A stretch of 64,000 bases of DNA from positions 30,283-94,282 of the forward strand of contig CAVUXE010000075.1 in assembly GCA_963745235.1 (NCBI GenBank), read 5' to 3'. Of this stretch, positions 9,600 to 22,133 are shown in pieces. Position numbers and translations under genes: made by a program. Below the pieces are notes generated by a model. The model saw only the letters and a program-made list of their open reading frames with translations. It did no database searches and was not told the origin of the DNA. Positions within the stretch are counted from its first letter, which is position 1. Each line of letters opens with the position of its first letter. Source of the DNA: an uncultured Spirochaetota bacterium. GTDB taxonomy: Bacteria > Spirochaetota > Spirochaetia > SZUA-6 > Fen-1364.

Positions 9600-10281
9600 T
9601 CAAAATATACCAGTCAGAAGCTCCTCGTTTGCGGGGGTGCGCCCGCAGCACAAAGCGAAAGGCAACCCGGAGCCGCAAAGGCACCGCTCCTCCAGCTCCA
9701 CCTTCTTTCGGGTCTGGAAGTTCACACCGATGACCTGGGAATCCTGCCGTCGCCTCGGGCACCCCCGCCCCTGGAAAAACGATGCTGACCTTGCGGAAAT
9801 AACTGAGCTTGTCGCATGACGACCTGCCCCGCAGATCCTCCGAGCTCAGCAGCGCAACCCAGTGGTCATGGATCAGGTCGCTGATCATGTCCTTTTCAGC
9901 CATGGTGGAGAAGGTTCTCTTGTTCTTCCCCATCAGGTAGCGAGCCGTCTGGATGGAAGAGAACGCCTGCCAGTCATCCTCCAGGGCGTTCGCCTTGCGC
10001 TCCATGCCGTAGGAGTTCGTGAGACGGGCCAGCATCTTCCGCGTGTGGCCCCTCTTGTTCAGCCGCTGGCAGGAAATCCAGCTCTTGATGGCTGACTGGG
10101 AGAAGCCCATGCGCCTGAGGGCAACGCCCGAGAAAAGGCAGATCCGGTAGAGCTCCCGGGAGCGCGACGCCGGGCACTTCTCCATTGCCACTTGAAGAAA
10201 ATGAATGGCCTGGGCTGGTTGGTGGCGCGCAAGCGAGCCCAGCCCCTTGTCAAAGTACATGCTCCACGGCGAAATAGGCAT
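9600..10281 (-). CDS. Hypothetical TPR-like protein with C-terminal SEC-C motif (frameshift near 9750; start uncertain)
   Basis: Helical TPR-like N-part; alternative frame ends ...ERCLCGSGLPFALCCGRTP...GIF*. Confidence 0.6.
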
Positions 10282-10451
10282 CCCAATCGAAGGTACTCCA
10301 TGCCGTTTCTGAAGACAAGTATTTCAACGCGGACAACACCGCGAACAAATCCTTGACGCTCACGGGGAGCGTTGGGTATATTCCTCTCAAAATCACTGTC
10401 ACCCAGTGTGAGATTCGCGGCATCACAACTATTAAGGGAGGACGACTGAAA

Positions 10452-10718
10452 ATGAAGGTCATGCCACTCGGAGATCGTATTCTGGTCAAAATGGTGGAGA
10501 TGGAGACCAAGACGGCTGGGGGGATCCTGATTCCGCAGACTGCCCAGGAAAAGACCCAGGAAGGGATCGTAATTGCGGTCGGAGATGATGAAAGCATCAA
10601 GGTGAAAGCCAAGGACCGGGTCATCTACGACAAGTACGCGGGGACGACAATCAAGATCTCCGGGGAAGAGCAGCTCATCCTCAAGGCTGCTGACATCCTG
10701 GCCAAGGTGGAATCGTAG
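10452..10718 (+). CDS. groES: Co-chaperonin GroES
   Basis: PLGDRILVK, KTAGGILIP, DKYAGT. Confidence 0.95.
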   Translation: MKVMPLGDRILVKMVEMETKTAGGILIPQTAQEKTQEGIVIAVGDDESIKVKAKDRVIYDKYAGTTIKISGEEQLILKAADILAKVES

Positions 10719-10727
10719 AGGCAGGGC

Positions 10728-13303
10728 TCACGAAGCTTCGGGGGAGGAAGGCGCGGAAGCGTACTCCTCCCCTTTTTTTTCTCCAAAGAACTCCGCCACC
10801 GCCCCCTGCACTGCCTCCGAGCCGTCGATCACCCGGGCCGTACGGGGGAGGCTTTCAAGAAAGACGGCCCCGTAGCTCCTGGTGACGATCCGGGAGTCCA
10901 GGATCAGGACTACTCCCCTGTCCGAGTGCCTCCTCATGAGCCTGCCGAACCCCTGGCGGAGGCGCACCACCGCGTCCGGCAGGGAAAGCTCTCCGAAGGG
11001 GTTGCCGCCCTTCTGCTCAATGGCGGCCATGCGCGCTTTGAGGACGGGCTCAGTGGGGACCCGGAAGGGAAGCCTGCACAGGATCACCATCTCCAGGGTT
11101 TCCCCGGGCGCATCCACTCCCTCCCAGAATGAGTCAGTCGCAAAAAGGACGCTGGAACGCTCCGCGCGGAAAGCGTCCAGCAGACGGGAGCGCTCGTCGT
11201 CCCCCTGTTTCAGAGCTCTTATTCCGCGCGAAGCGAGCAGGGGTTGCACTTCCGCGAAGGTTTCTCGAAGCAGGGAATACGAGGTGAAGAGCACAAGACC
11301 GGCGCCACCGCTTGATCCCAGTGCCCGCGCAATAAAACCGGAAAGAAACGGCTTGTAGCGCGGGGAATCCGGAGGGGGGGCATCCGTGGGCACGCCGAGA
11401 AGCACGTTTTCCCTGTAATTGAACGGCGACGGAAAGGTCTGGAAAAGCGGTTCCCTTTCCACGGACCTGTCGAGGCCTATCCTCCCGGCCCAGAAGGAGA
11501 AGCTGCCGGACACGGTGAGAGTGGCGGAGGTAAAAACCGCAGTCCTGATGGGCTCGAATACGGCCTCTTTCATGAGGGGGCCGATGTCCAGGGGAGTGAC
11601 AACGAATCGTACGCTTTCCCCCTTGATTGTCTCCAGCCAGAAAATGTCGTTCCTGCCCCGGTTCCGCCAGCCGAAACCTGTCGCACAGGTCCGCGATCCC
11701 GGAAGAGCCTGGCAAGCTGCACCTTGCAGTCCCAGACGATGTTCTGGGTCTCCTGGGGCGGGTTCTTCTCGCTGACCTTCTCCAACAGCTCGTCGAACAG
11801 CTCACCCAGCCGCCGAATGGACCCTGCAAGCGCCGCCAGGGAAGGGCCAACCCTGTCGATGAATCCAGCCAGGCTGGAGGAGTCCAGGAGGAGAGCCGTT
11901 TCATCTCCCATGAGCTCCAGGCACACGGTATCCAGCTCCTGCGCTTCTTCCCTGATGTCGTCCACGAGCCGCGGCGCTTTGCCGGTGAGCGCGTTGCGTC
12001 CCAGCAGGCGGGAAAGTGCCGCTATGTGTCCCCGCACCCTGCCGCGCCCGCTGCCGGCCTCTCCGCCTGCCTGTGCGTCCCCGCCTCCGCGGGCTCCCCG
12101 GGCGTCCCCGCCTCCGCGGGCTCCGCGGGTGCCTCCAACGCGGCGGTGAAGCCTGCCCAGGAACCTCTGCAGCGCAAACCGGGAGAAGCTCTGGGAAAAA
12201 AAGGAGGTGGCTGCCTTCTCGATGTTGTGCGCTTCATCGAAGACCACCCGGCGAAACGGAGGAAGCACCGCCGGGTCATCGAAACCCGAGCCCGCCAGGC
12301 GAAAGGCAAGGTCTGAGAACAGGAGATGGTGGTTGGCAACCAGGACCTGGGCGGATGATGCCTCCCGACGGGCCTTCAGCACAAAGCACCCTTCCCGGTG
12401 GCTGCACCGCAGCCCGAGGCAGGCGTCCGCCTCCGAGCACACGCGGGACCAGCTTTCCTCCGAAGGGAAGAAGGAAAGGTCTGTCCTGCTCCCCGTTTCA
12501 GTGGTCCGGGCCCACTCCCTGATGGCCAGGATCTCCGGGTCCTGCTCCTCGAAAAGGCTCAATTCGTCCAGCGCCTCGTTCAGGCGATGGAGGCACAGGT
12601 AGTTCCTGCGGCCTTTCACGAGCACCACCTTGGGGTCCTCACCGAGGATCCGTTTGACGAGCGGGATGTCCTTGTCCATGAGCTGCTGCTGAAGGTTGAT
12701 GGTGTTGGTGGACACGACCACGCGTTCCTTGTTCCTGAGCGCCCACGAGATGGCCGGCAGAAGGTAGGCCAGCGACTTGCCCACACCCGTCCCGGCCTCT
12801 GCCGCGCACAGCTCGTCGCCGTTGAACGACTTGCAGACGAGGCGCAGCATGGCGATCTGGCTCTCTCTCTCCTCGTACAGGGGGTACAGGCGGCTCAAGG
12901 TGCCGCCCGGCGCAAGGTGCGCCGGCGAGCTGCTCCTCATCAAGGGGCGTCCTTTGATGAAGCTCCACGGGCTCCGCCACCACGTAGACGGAGTCCAGGG
13001 AGTTGTCAACGATGTAGAAGCCGATGCCCTGGTTTCCCGAGCCGCGCGGCCACGGCGAGGTCCGCGCTGCTGGGCCGCAGCCCGCCCGAAGGGTGGTTGT
13101 GGATGATGACGTCCCCGCCTCCAGATGTGCGGGGCCAGCACCGGGACTGCCTCCTCGTTGCCGCGCGCGCCCACCGTGACGGCCTCCACCCGGCCGTCCT
13201 CCCCCACCCTGCCGACAAGGAACACTTCGTTGCCGTCAGCATCCGCAATTGCTTCGCGGATCTCCTCCACCACGCGGGGGGTGAGCCGCTGGTCAGCTTT
13301 CAC
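10728..13303 (-). CDS. dinG: DinG/YoaA-family helicase with N-terminal JAB/MPN domain (several frameshifts)
   Basis: EAGTGVGKS, KGRRNYLC, DEAH, FTSATL, FWEGVD, QGFGRL; N-terminal IIHNHPSG..PS.AD in a shifted frame. Confidence 0.85.
12075..12128. repeat. 27-bp tandem repeat (2 copies) inside dinG encoding RGARGGGDA
   Basis: GCGTCCCCGCCTCCGCGGGCTCC(C/G)CGG at 12075 and 12102, one mismatch. Confidence 0.85.
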
Positions 13304-14126
13304 CGCTCCCGCCTCCTGGCCCGGCGGCCTGCAGCCTCTCGATTGTGCCGGCCAGGAGCGCGGCGAACCTCGGTTCCGCCTCCTTCCCCGCGCGGATGAC
13401 TTCCGCGTGGTCCAGGGGCTGGTCCATGATGCCCGCGGCCATGTTCGTGACGCAGGAGATCCCCAGCACTCTCATCCCCAGGTAGCCGGCGGCAATCACC
13501 TCCGGCACGGTGGACATCCCCACCAGGTCAACGCCGATGGCCGACAACATCCGTATCTCCGCCGGCGTCTCGTACGAAGGCCCCGCGAAGGCGGCGTACA
13601 CCCCCTCCTGCAAGGGCACGGCGGAGGCGGACCTGGCCAGCGCGCGGAGCTCCGGGGTGTAGACCGAGCTCATGTCTGGAAACCGGGGACCAAGGTCGGG
13701 ATTCGGGCCGCGCAGCGGATTCACTCCCTGGAGGTTGACGTGGTCCTTGATGAGGACAAGCTCCCCGGGGAAAAAGACCTGTTCACCCCGCCGGCGGCGT
13801 TCGTGACGATGAGAGTTCGCACCCCCAGCCGGGCAAGGAGAAACACGGGCAGGACGACGTCGTCCATGGAGTGGCCTTCGTAGTAGTGGATGCGGCCCGC
13901 CATGACCGCCACGCGTTTTCCCACCTTGAAGAGCCCTGCATGTCCGAAAACCGTGGGTTTCGGGAGACCACGAATGGAGCTGAACGGCACGGTGTCACCG
14001 GCCACGGTCCCGGCGAATGCGCCGAGGCCTGAGCCAAGGATGACCCCGACTCCGGGCCCGACTCTCGGTGCCGGCCGCCAGCGACTGCCACGCCGCTTCA
14101 AGCCGTGCCGCAAAATCAGCATTCAC
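13293..14126 (-). CDS. punA: Purine nucleoside phosphorylase (frameshifts)
   Basis: ILGSGLG, GHAG, GRIHYYEG, TNAAGG, GPSYETPAE, VGMSTVPE; AAGGAGG RBS before GTG. Confidence 0.9.
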
Positions 14127-14139
14127 AGAGAACCTCCTT

Positions 14140-15115
14140 CTACTCCAGTGAGCGCAGCAGCTCGTCAGGACTTCGATAGAAACCCGCACCCGCCACGCGG
14201 CCCGCCTTCTGCGCAACCCGCCAGTTCCAGACAAGGCGTTGTCCCGCGGAAGATGCGATCTCCACCAGCCGTCGGTTCAGGTGGGCCGCCTCGGTCTGCC
14301 GGCCCCTCAGGCAGGCCTGGAGAACGCTGTTGTACGCCCGATCCGGGCAGGTCCCGGGTGACGTCAAACGATGATGGCTTTTTCTCCAGTCTGCCAAGCA
14401 GCTCGCTCGGATCCATGAGGGGAAGCGCCGCCAGGGCAAGGCCCGCCTTTTCCATGGTCAGAAAACCCTCCCGGAGCAGTTCCTTCGCAAGCTCTCTCCC
14501 CGCGGGCACGGCAAGGAATGCCGGGAGCGTGAGATTGCAGAGCGCCACGGGCAGGAAGAGAAGCTGGTAGAGAAAAAAGGAGCTCATGAACGGGAGGGCG
14601 TCCTCAACCTCCAGGACCTTGAAGCCATAGGCGCCGAGCGCCCCGAAGAGTCTTTGACAGTCGGGATGGCTTTCCACCAGCAGCGTGGACTCTGAGGCCG
14701 AAAGCTCCACGTCCCCTTCCTGCAGCTTCACCGCGGAGGTCAAAGTCAGGCCCAGGCGCGTCCGCTCCGGTGGCAGGGCGAGACGTTGGACCTCCGCCGG
14801 ATCGCAATTGAAAAGGAACACCGGTCCCTCACCGGCGGTCACGCGCGTGAAGTCCGGCCGCCGCATGGCACGAAGGTGATGCCTGCCCAGCGTGACGAGG
14901 CAGGCGTCAGCGCCCGTCTTCCCGGTGGCGGAGCCGCTGCGTTGGTAACGCAGGCCGTCCACCGCGAGCCACCCTGCCGGGTGGCTGATGCGAACAGGCC
15001 GGGTGGGCTGCGCGGGTGTGCCGCGGCCGACAAGAGTCACCTCATGTCCGCACATCTGCAGGAGGCCGCCCAGCATCGTTCCTATGGCTCCGGGTCCGAG
15101 GACGGAAACTTGCAT
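14140..15115 (-). CDS. Ketopantoate reductase (PanE/ApbA)-like protein (frameshift near 14340)
   Basis: VLGPGAIG Rossmann motif; C-terminal NSVLQACLRGRQTEAAHLN resembles PanE SMxQD...TE...NG. Confidence 0.65.
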
Positions 15116-15204
15116 GATCGTGAGGCGGATTATATCAATCTGCCAACGTTGACAGAAGCTCGCCAAAAATGGTAGCTGTCGACAATTACGGAGCACACGA
15201 GCGC

Positions 15205-16548
15205 ATGATCGTTCTCAAGTTCGGCGGAACTTCCGTGCAGAACGCGGAGATGATGGACACAGACCCTCAAGATCGCGCGAGAGCCAGATCGAGCGCGGGC
15301 CGGTCCTCGTCTCCTCCGCCATGTCCAAGGTGACGGACCAGCTCCAGGAGATCGCAAAGCTCCTGGGCGGCGGGAAGGAAGCGGAGGCGGAAGCAATCCT
15401 CTGCGCCATCAAGGAGCGGCACCTTGCGTGCGCCCGCGCTTTCCTCACGCAGAAGAACCTCGACGCCTGCTGAATCGGACATCGCTGCCGTGGTGGGCGA
15501 GCTGCGCGCATTCATCAAGGCGCTGTCCATGCTGAAGGAATGGTCAAAGCGCAGCAACGACGCCGTCTTGTCCTTCGGGGAGCGGCTGTCCACCATCATC
15601 CTCCTTCACCGGGCGCGAGAGACGGGAATGACGGCCACGCTGTACGATTCTCGCGAGCTGGTGAAAACGGATGACACCTTCACCTCCGCCGCGCCCATCG
15701 AGGACCTGACGAACAAGCTCATCAGCTCCCGCGTGGAAGCCGCGCCGGGGGTGCTGTGCATCCTCCAGGGGTTCATCGGCTCCACCACCAGCGGCGCCAC
15801 CACCACCCTGGGCCGCGGGCGGGTCGGATTACACGGCAACCATCGTGGGCGCGGCCCTGCGCGCGGAGGAGGTCCAGATCTGGACGGACGTGACCGGGAT
15901 CATGACCTCGGATCCCCGGATCGTGAAGAACGCCCGGACCATCCCGCAGATCAGCTACCGGGAGGCGGCGGAGCTGGCCTACTTCGGCGCCAAGGTGATC
16001 CACCCCTCCACCATCCAGCCCGCCGTCAACCTCGGGATTCCCGTCTGGGTGAAGAACACGTTCCGACCCGAGGACCAGGGCACGAAGATCATCCCCAGCC
16101 CCGCAGGCAACGGCCTGAAGGCCATCGCCTGCAAGAAGGGCATCACGCTCGTGAACATCAACTCCTCCCGCATGCTGTTTGCCTACGGCTTCCTGCGGCG
16201 GATCTTCGAGATATTCGAGAAGTACCAGACACCCGTCGACCTGATCACCACCTCGGAGGTTTCCGTGTCGGTGACCATCGACAACCCGGCGGCGGTGAAC
16301 AACATCGCCCGAGACCTCTCGGAGATCGGGACGGTAGGGGTGGAGTCGGACAAGGCCATCATCTGCCTGGTCGGCTGGACCTGTGGAAGGATACCGCCTT
16401 CCTGGCCCGGGTGTTCGGATGCATCAAGAAGACGCCCTTGCGCATCATCTCCCTGGGCGCATCCGACATCAACCTTTCCCTCGTGGTGGCGGCCGAGGAT
16501 ACGGAGGACTCGGTGAGGAGGCTGCACACCGAGTTCTTCGAGGGCTGA
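15205..16548 (+). CDS. lysC: Aspartate kinase (multiple frameshifts)
   Basis: MIVLKFGGTSV, SFGERLS, TTLGRGGSDY, WTDV.G..T.DPR, EAAELAYFGAKV, ACT-like C-terminus. Confidence 0.9.
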
Positions 16549-16558
16549 TCGGGAGCCC

Positions 16559-17406
16559 ATGGAGATCGAGTTCCTGAAGATGCAGGGATGCGGGGACGAC
16601 TCGATCATCCTGAGAGCCGCGCAGCTGCCCCCGGGCGCGGATTCCCTGCTGCCGGACCTTGCGCCGCTGATCCTGGACAGAAGCTTCGGGGTGGGAGGAA
16701 ATGCCCTGCTTCTCATGGGGCAGTCGGAGGACGGGGCGCTCGCCGGTCCGCGGCTTCGACCAGCAGGGGGACGAGCCGCCGCTCTCCTGTCACGCCGTGC
16801 GGTGCCTGGCCCGCTATGCCACCGACTCCGGGGCGGCGTCGGGAGATGCCTTTGTCATCCACACTCCGGACGGGCGCATCCACGTCCAGATCATAGACAG
16901 CAGCAATGTGCGGGTCGACATGGGCATGCCCATGAGCAGCGAGACGCAGGCGGAGATCAGGGAAAGCCCGGATGGTTCGTTCACCCGGAAGTCTCCTGGT
17001 TGACGGACGCAGCCTCTCCTACACGCCCATCTCCCTGGGCAGATCGTACGCCATGTTCTTCGTTCCCAGCCTCGCGTTTCCGCTCAACAAGACCGCGCGT
17101 CGCATCTCCGAGCAGCCGGATTTTCCCGCGGGGACGGGGATCACCTTCATCAAGGTCTACAGCCGTGACGAAGTCCGCCTTCGCGTCTGGGAGGGCGGGG
17201 AGGAAAGCGATGAATGCGCCTGCGCCGCGGCGGCGCTCGTGGCATCAGTTGTGAATGGGTTCACGGATCGGGAGGTTTTCATCCACCTCAAGGGCGGAGA
17301 CGTCTTTCTCCAGTGGGAAGAGTCGGACAACCACCTGTGGCTCACGGGACCCGCGGGGTATGTCTTCACCGGGACATACGATTACGAGCCCCTTGAAAAA
17401 GAGTAG
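16559..17406 (+). CDS. dapF: Diaminopimelate epimerase-like (frameshifts)
   Basis: FLKMQGCGDD, DRSFGVGG, VRVDMG.P, RVWEG, LTGPA; follows lysC. Confidence 0.75.
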
Positions 17407-17409
17407 CAG

Positions 17410-17838
17410 GTGGACGGATTCATAGATCGCCTCGCGGAGCTCCTGAAGTCGCTTTTCGGAAGCGAGGAACGAAGCACCGCCTCCCAGCGCCCCATCGATC
17501 CTGATGTCCAGGCCGCGTGGGAAGAGCTGGATGAGTACATGCGGACCGGGTCTTCGGGCGCGCGCGGCCGTTCCACCTCAGGCGGCTCCGCGGGCGCGGG
17601 CGGCGCGCACGGTGGGGCAACGTCTCCACGACGCGTGGACGAATCCCTCCGCAAGGACTACGCAAACCTTGAAGTCCCCTTCGGGGCCAGCGCGGAAGAG
17701 GTGCGCGCGTCGTACAAGCGACTGATGCTCAAGTACCACCCGGATAAGTACCCGGGAGACTCCGAGAAGCAGAAGCTCGCCCTGGAGATCGCAAAAAAGA
17801 TCAATCAATCCTTCGAGCGGATCAGGACATCGAGTTGA
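17410..17838 (+). CDS. J-domain protein
   Basis: C-terminal YKRLMLKYHPDK (HPD motif). Confidence 0.8.
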   Translation: MDGFIDRLAELLKSLFGSEERSTASQRPIDPDVQAAWEELDEYMRTGSSGARGRSTSGGSAGAGGAHGGATSPRRVDESLRKDYANLEVPFGASAEEVRASYKRLMLKYHPDKYPGDSEKQKLALEIAKKINQSFERIRTSS

Positions 17839-17872
17839 CACCATCCTGTTTCCCTCGTATCCTTCGCGGGAA

Positions 17873-18973
17873 ATGGAAATGGTAGTTGCGCTTACAGGCG
17901 CAGGGGTGCTTGCCCTCGTCGTCAGCACCATTGTCACGCCCATCGTGATCCGAATCTCGCACAGGCGGCAGTGGTTCGACATGCCAAACGAAAGGAAAAT
18001 TCACACAAGCCCCGTCCCTCGCCTCGGCGGGATAGGGATGTTCATAGCTTTCATCGTCTCAGCGCTGGTTGTTCCAATCCTTCTGCCCCTTGTCTCCCCC
18101 GGTCCCTGGCGGCCGCTCTACGGGGTGAACTTCATCCCGGTCTTCTTCGGCTTTGCGCTGATCCATGCCCTCGGGCTGCTTGACGACTTCCATAACCTCA
18201 ACGCTCTCCTGAAGTTCGTCCTGCAGATTGCCGCTGCGGCGCTGGTGACGCTGGGCGGTTTCACGGTTTCCGTGGTGAACATCCCCTCCGTCGGCGCGGT
18301 TTCCCTGGGGATCTTCGCCTGGCCCGTGACCATCTTCTGGATCATCGCCATCACGAATGCGGTGAATCTGGTTGACGGATTGGACGGTCTGGCGGGGGGC
18401 ATCTCGGGCATCGCGGCGCTCGCAATGGGAGTCTTTGCCTTCATGCTGTGGTCAGGCACCCCCGCGTTGATGGCGTTTGCCTTGCTGGGGGCAATCCTCG
18501 GTTTCATGCTCTTCAACTATCCCCCGGCGCGTATCTTCATGGGGGACTCCGGCGCGCTTTTCCTGGGGTTCACGCTCGCCGTCATTCCGCTGCTGCGGGG
18601 CCCGGGATCTACCTCCCTGGGAGACCTGCTTGCGCCGGCAACCGTGCTTGCCCTTCCCATCCTGGATGTCGTGGCGGCAATCGTGCGCCGAGTCAGGGAA
18701 AAGCTGCCGATCTACTCACCCGACAAGGAACATATCCACCACAAGCTTCTCTCCCTGGGCCTCAAGGACACGACAATTCTTCCCATCGTCTATGCGTTCT
18801 GCGTGTATGTCGCCGGGGCCAGCGTGGTGTCCATCTTTCTCCCTCGGGGGCAGGCGCTCATTCTCTTCGGCTGCGTGTGGGCCACCGCCATCACTGCGTA
18901 CGGCGTGCTCACCGGCCTCACGCAGAAACGCAAGACGATGCGGGAGGCAAGGCTGCGGGGAAGGCCCACGTAA
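17873..18973 (+). CDS. MraY/WecA-family undecaprenyl-phosphate sugar-1-phosphate transferase
   Basis: RKIH..PVPRLGG, GLLDD, NAVNLVDGLDG, IFMGDSG, HIHH; multi-TM. Confidence 0.9.
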   Translation: MEMVVALTGAGVLALVVSTIVTPIVIRISHRRQWFDMPNERKIHTSPVPRLGGIGMFIAFIVSALVVPILLPLVSPGPWRPLYGVNFIPVFFGFALIHALGLLDDFHNLNALLKFVLQIAAAALVTLGGFTVSVVNIPSVGAVSLGIFAWPVTIFWIIAITNAVNLVDGLDGLAGGISGIAALAMGVFAFMLWSGTPALMAFALLGAILGFMLFNYPPARIFMGDSGALFLGFTLAVIPLLRGPGSTSLGDLLAPATVLALPILDVVAAIVRRVREKLPIYSPDKEHIHHKLLSLGLKDTTILPIVYAFCVYVAGASVVSIFLPRGQALILFGCVWATAITAYGVLTGLTQKRKTMREARLRGRPT

Positions 18974-19030
18974 AGGGCCTCAAACCACGGTCGGCAGCGG
19001 GGAGCCAGCGCGAAGGGTCCGGCGCCCTCC

Positions 19031-20761
19031 TCAGGGTTCTTCTTCAACAGGGTCCAGCTCTTCCAGCTCCGTTGCCTCCCCTGAGCCCGCCTGGCCCATG
19101 AGCTTTTCATCCGCCCCCGGAAGCTCCTCAATGGCATCTGTTCCCTGCACGCGCCCGGGAACAGGCGGCCTGATGTCGATCTCCACGGGTGGTCTCTCCG
19201 AGGCCTCCCGCTCCTGGTTGCCGACCTCCGTCTCTCCGACTGCAGGCAGGTCCTCGGTGCGCTCAGGGCCGCTGGGGAGCCGCGTCACAATGGAGGCCAC
19301 CTGTTCGACCTCTTCTTCCAGTGACTTGTTGGCGGCCGCGATTGCCTGGGTGCGCTTGACGGTGTCCGCGCCGAGCTCAAGGGCCTGCGTCAGCGCGGAT
19401 TCCGTGCGGCCCGCCCCCGCCGCCGCGGTCTCCGCGAGGCTCGTTATGGACTTCAGGGCCTCCGACACGCCCGTGAGATCCCGACGCAGGGACTCAATGG
19501 TCTGAAACGAATCCCTTGCATCCGCCGCGATGCGGCGCACAGCGTCCAGCATGATCTGCGCAAGGTCGGCAATCTCGGAGGCTGAGCGCGCGCTGCGGTC
19601 CGCCAGCTTTCTCACCTGCTGGGCAACGACGGTGAACCCGCGGCCCGCCTCCCCTGCCCTCGCCGCTTCTATGGAAGCGTTGAGGGAAAGGAGCTCCGTC
19701 TGGTCCGCGACATCGCCAATCAGCGCAACAACTTCCTCGATCCGGGAGGTGCGCTCCTCCAGCAGGCTGGTCGCGTCGATGGCGCGCTGGATGGTTTCCA
19801 GCGAAGCCTCCACGGCCATCCCACCCGCGCGCGCGGCCGCGAGGCTGCCGTCCGCCTTCCTGGCCACGTCTCGCACGGACTGCGAGACATCCGCGAGGCC
19901 GCGGCTTGCGTCTTTGACAATCTGCGTCTGGCCCGCAAAGGACTCCTGCACTCGAGCGGCGTTCTTTGCGACGGACGGGAAATCCACGACTATCCTTCCC
20001 GCCGCCGACCGCAGGCGAGCCGCAAGCGCCTCCAGGGAGCCGAGCTTCCTGAGCTGCGCGGCCAGCGCTCCGATCTCCCCGTTTTCCGTCACGTCGAGGG
20101 CGTCAACTGCTTCACCCTGGCCGAGACTGCCGCTGAACTCGATGAGCCGCAGCAGGTCGCGGCGAATGGAGAAAAGAGCCCAGAAGATGAAGCCGAACAG
20201 GGAGACCGCTCCGAGAAGGGCAAACGAGCCAAAGAGGATGGAAAGCGTCCTCTCCATGCCGGCCCTGGCTTGGTCCAGCCCCGCCCGGATCAGGGCAAAG
20301 TCAGAGAGCACCTTTTCGGTGGCCAGGCCGAAGGAGGCCATGGCTGTGCCGTCACCCGCGCCGTTTGCTGCCGCGGCCGCGGCGGCCTGCAGCGCGGCCG
20401 ACCACGGTGTCCGGACGGCCTCCTGCAGGCTTGCCGCATCTTCCTTGAGCTTCCCCGGATACAGGATGGACCCCGTCATGGAGGAAACCGTTGTCTTCAC
20501 CAGTGTGTCGATTTCCCGCGCGGAGTCGGCAATCCGGCTCACGCGTTGCCCCTTCGAGGCAGAGTCCGCTCCAGCGGCGAGCACCGCGAGGCTGACTGAG
20601 ACGGCGTTCAATTCCTGTACCGCGCGCGAAAGAGCGCCGGCATCCTTGTCCACCAGGTTGTCCGTCGCTGCCCTTGCGGCGAAGCAGACACCCAGGAGGG
20701 CAAGCGTGACTACCAGGAGCACGATTGCGCCGGCCAGCCTCCGCATGATCGACTGCTTCAT
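19031..20761 (-). CDS. Methyl-accepting chemotaxis protein
   Basis: Two TM segments, HAMP-like, [27 protein letters not shown] signalling motif. Confidence 0.9.
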   Translation of the reverse strand: MKQSIMRRLAGAIVLLVVTLALLGVCFAARAATDNLVDKDAGALSRAVQELNAVSVSLAVLAAGADSASKGQRVSRIADSAREIDTLVKTTVSSMTGSILYPGKLKEDAASLQEAVRTPWSAALQAAAAAAANGAGDGTAMASFGLATEKVLSDFALIRAGLDQARAGMERTLSILFGSFALLGAVSLFGFIFWALFSIRRDLLRLIEFSGSLGQGEAVDALDVTENGEIGALAAQLRKLGSLEALAARLRSAAGRIVVDFPSVAKNAARVQESFAGQTQIVKDASRGLADVSQSVRDVARKADGSLAAARAGGMAVEASLETIQRAIDATSLLEERTSRIEEVVALIGDVADQTELLSLNASIEAARAGEAGRGFTVVAQQVRKLADRSARSASEIADLAQIMLDAVRRIAADARDSFQTIESLRRDLTGVSEALKSITSLAETAAAGAGRTESALTQALELGADTVKRTQAIAAANKSLEEEVEQVASIVTRLPSGPERTEDLPAVGETEVGNQEREASERPPVEIDIRPPVPGRVQGTDAIEELPGADEKLMGQAGSGEATELEELDPVEEEP

Positions 20762-20786
20762 GGCGTCAACACTCGCTTGAGTCCTT

Positions 20787-22133
20787 TCATAGTCCGTACT
20801 CCTCGATCTTGCGATGAAGAGTCTTCCGCCCAATGCCGAGGATTTCCGCGGTCCGGCTCTTGTTGCCGCCCTCCCTGCCCAGGGTGGTGCGGATCACTTC
20901 CTTTTCCACGTCCGCAAGCGTGGACCCGACAGGCACGCGAAGGTAGTCGTCCGCCCCCGTGTCCCCGCGCACGTTGGGCGGGAGGTCTTCCAGCGTGATC
21001 ATGGAGCCCTTGCAGAGCACCACCGCGCTCTCCAGGGAGTTGCGCAGCTGCCTGACATTCCCGGGCCACGAGTAGTTGTACAGGGCCAGCCTCGCCTTGG
21101 GGTCAATGCCTTCGATGTTCTTCCCGTTTTCCTGGCTGAACTCCTTGAGAAACGATGCGGCCAGGAGAGGGATATCCTCTTTGCGCTCCCGCAGCGGCGG
21201 GATGTGGATGTTGACCACGTTGAGCCTGTAGTAGAGGTCCTCCCGGAAGGAGCCGCCGGCTATTGCCGCCTTGAGGTCCCTGTTGGTGGCGGCAATCACG
21301 CGGACGTCCACCTCGATTGTCTCCTCCCCGCCGACCCGCTCGAACTTCTTGTCCTCCAGGACGCGCAGGAGCTTGATCTGCACGTTCTGGTTGATCTCCC
21401 CGATCTCATCCAGAAACAGGGTGCCCATGTGCGCCAGCTCGAACCTGCCCCTCTTTCTCATGATGGCGCCGGTAAAAGCCCCCTTCTCGTGCCCGAACAG
21501 CTCGCTTTCCAGCAGCGTCTCGGAGAGGGCCGCGCAGTGGACCTTGATGAACGGCTTGTCCTTTCGCGGAGAGTTGTAGTGAAGGGCCTCGGCAATCATC
21601 TCTTTCCCCGAGCCGCTCTCCCCCGTGATGAGCACGGAGGACCGCGAGGGGGCCACTTGCCGGACCATCTCGAAGACCTGCTTCATCTCCGCGCTCTTGC
21701 CGATGATGCTGGCGAACTGGCTCCTGCGCTCCAGCTCCTCCTGCATGGCGCGGTTCTGCAGGGCGAGCTCCCGGTTTCCCAGCGCGCGCTTTGCCATGAG
21801 GGAAAGGCGGTCCAGGTTCACCGGCTTCGTCAGGAAGTCATAGGCTCCGTCATGCATTGCCTGCACGGCGGACTCTATGGTGCCGTGACCGGTGAGGATG
21901 ATCACGGGCACGGTGGGGAATTGCGAGGAGATGTTTCGCAGGAGGTCCTCTCCCGACATGTGCGGCATCTTGAGGTCAGTGATCACGAGGTCAATGTCCC
22001 CCTTGCTGACCGCGTCCCAGGCTTCCTTTCCATCCGCGGCAAGGACGACGTCGTAGCCGTCCAGCGCCAGCGCTTCCCGCAGCCCCTCGCGGATGTTCTT
22101 TTCATCGTCAGCAACGAGGATGGTGAGCTTCAT
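20787..22133 (-). CDS. sigma54-dependent response regulator (NtrC/AtoC/Rrp2-like)
   Basis: REC (ITDLKMP), [27 protein letters not shown], Fis-type HTH. Confidence 0.95.
   Translation of the reverse strand: MKLTILVADDEKNIREGLREALALDGYDVVLAADGKEAWDAVSKGDIDLVITDLKMPHMSGEDLLRNISSQFPTVPVIILTGHGTIESAVQAMHDGAYDFLTKPVNLDRLSLMAKRALGNRELALQNRAMQEELERRSQFASIIGKSAEMKQVFEMVRQVAPSRSSVLITGESGSGKEMIAEALHYNSPRKDKPFIKVHCAALSETLLESELFGHEKGAFTGAIMRKRGRFELAHMGTLFLDEIGEINQNVQIKLLRVLEDKKFERVGGEETIEVDVRVIAATNRDLKAAIAGGSFREDLYYRLNVVNIHIPPLRERKEDIPLLAASFLKEFSQENGKNIEGIDPKARLALYNYSWPGNVRQLRNSLESAVVLCKGSMITLEDLPPNVRGDTGADDYLRVPVGSTLADVEKEVIRTTLGREGGNKSRTAEILGIGRKTLHRKIEEYGL

Noticed and set aside
10452-10718. groES without groEL
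   Set aside because: Separate groES and groEL loci are ordinary in Borrelia and Treponema
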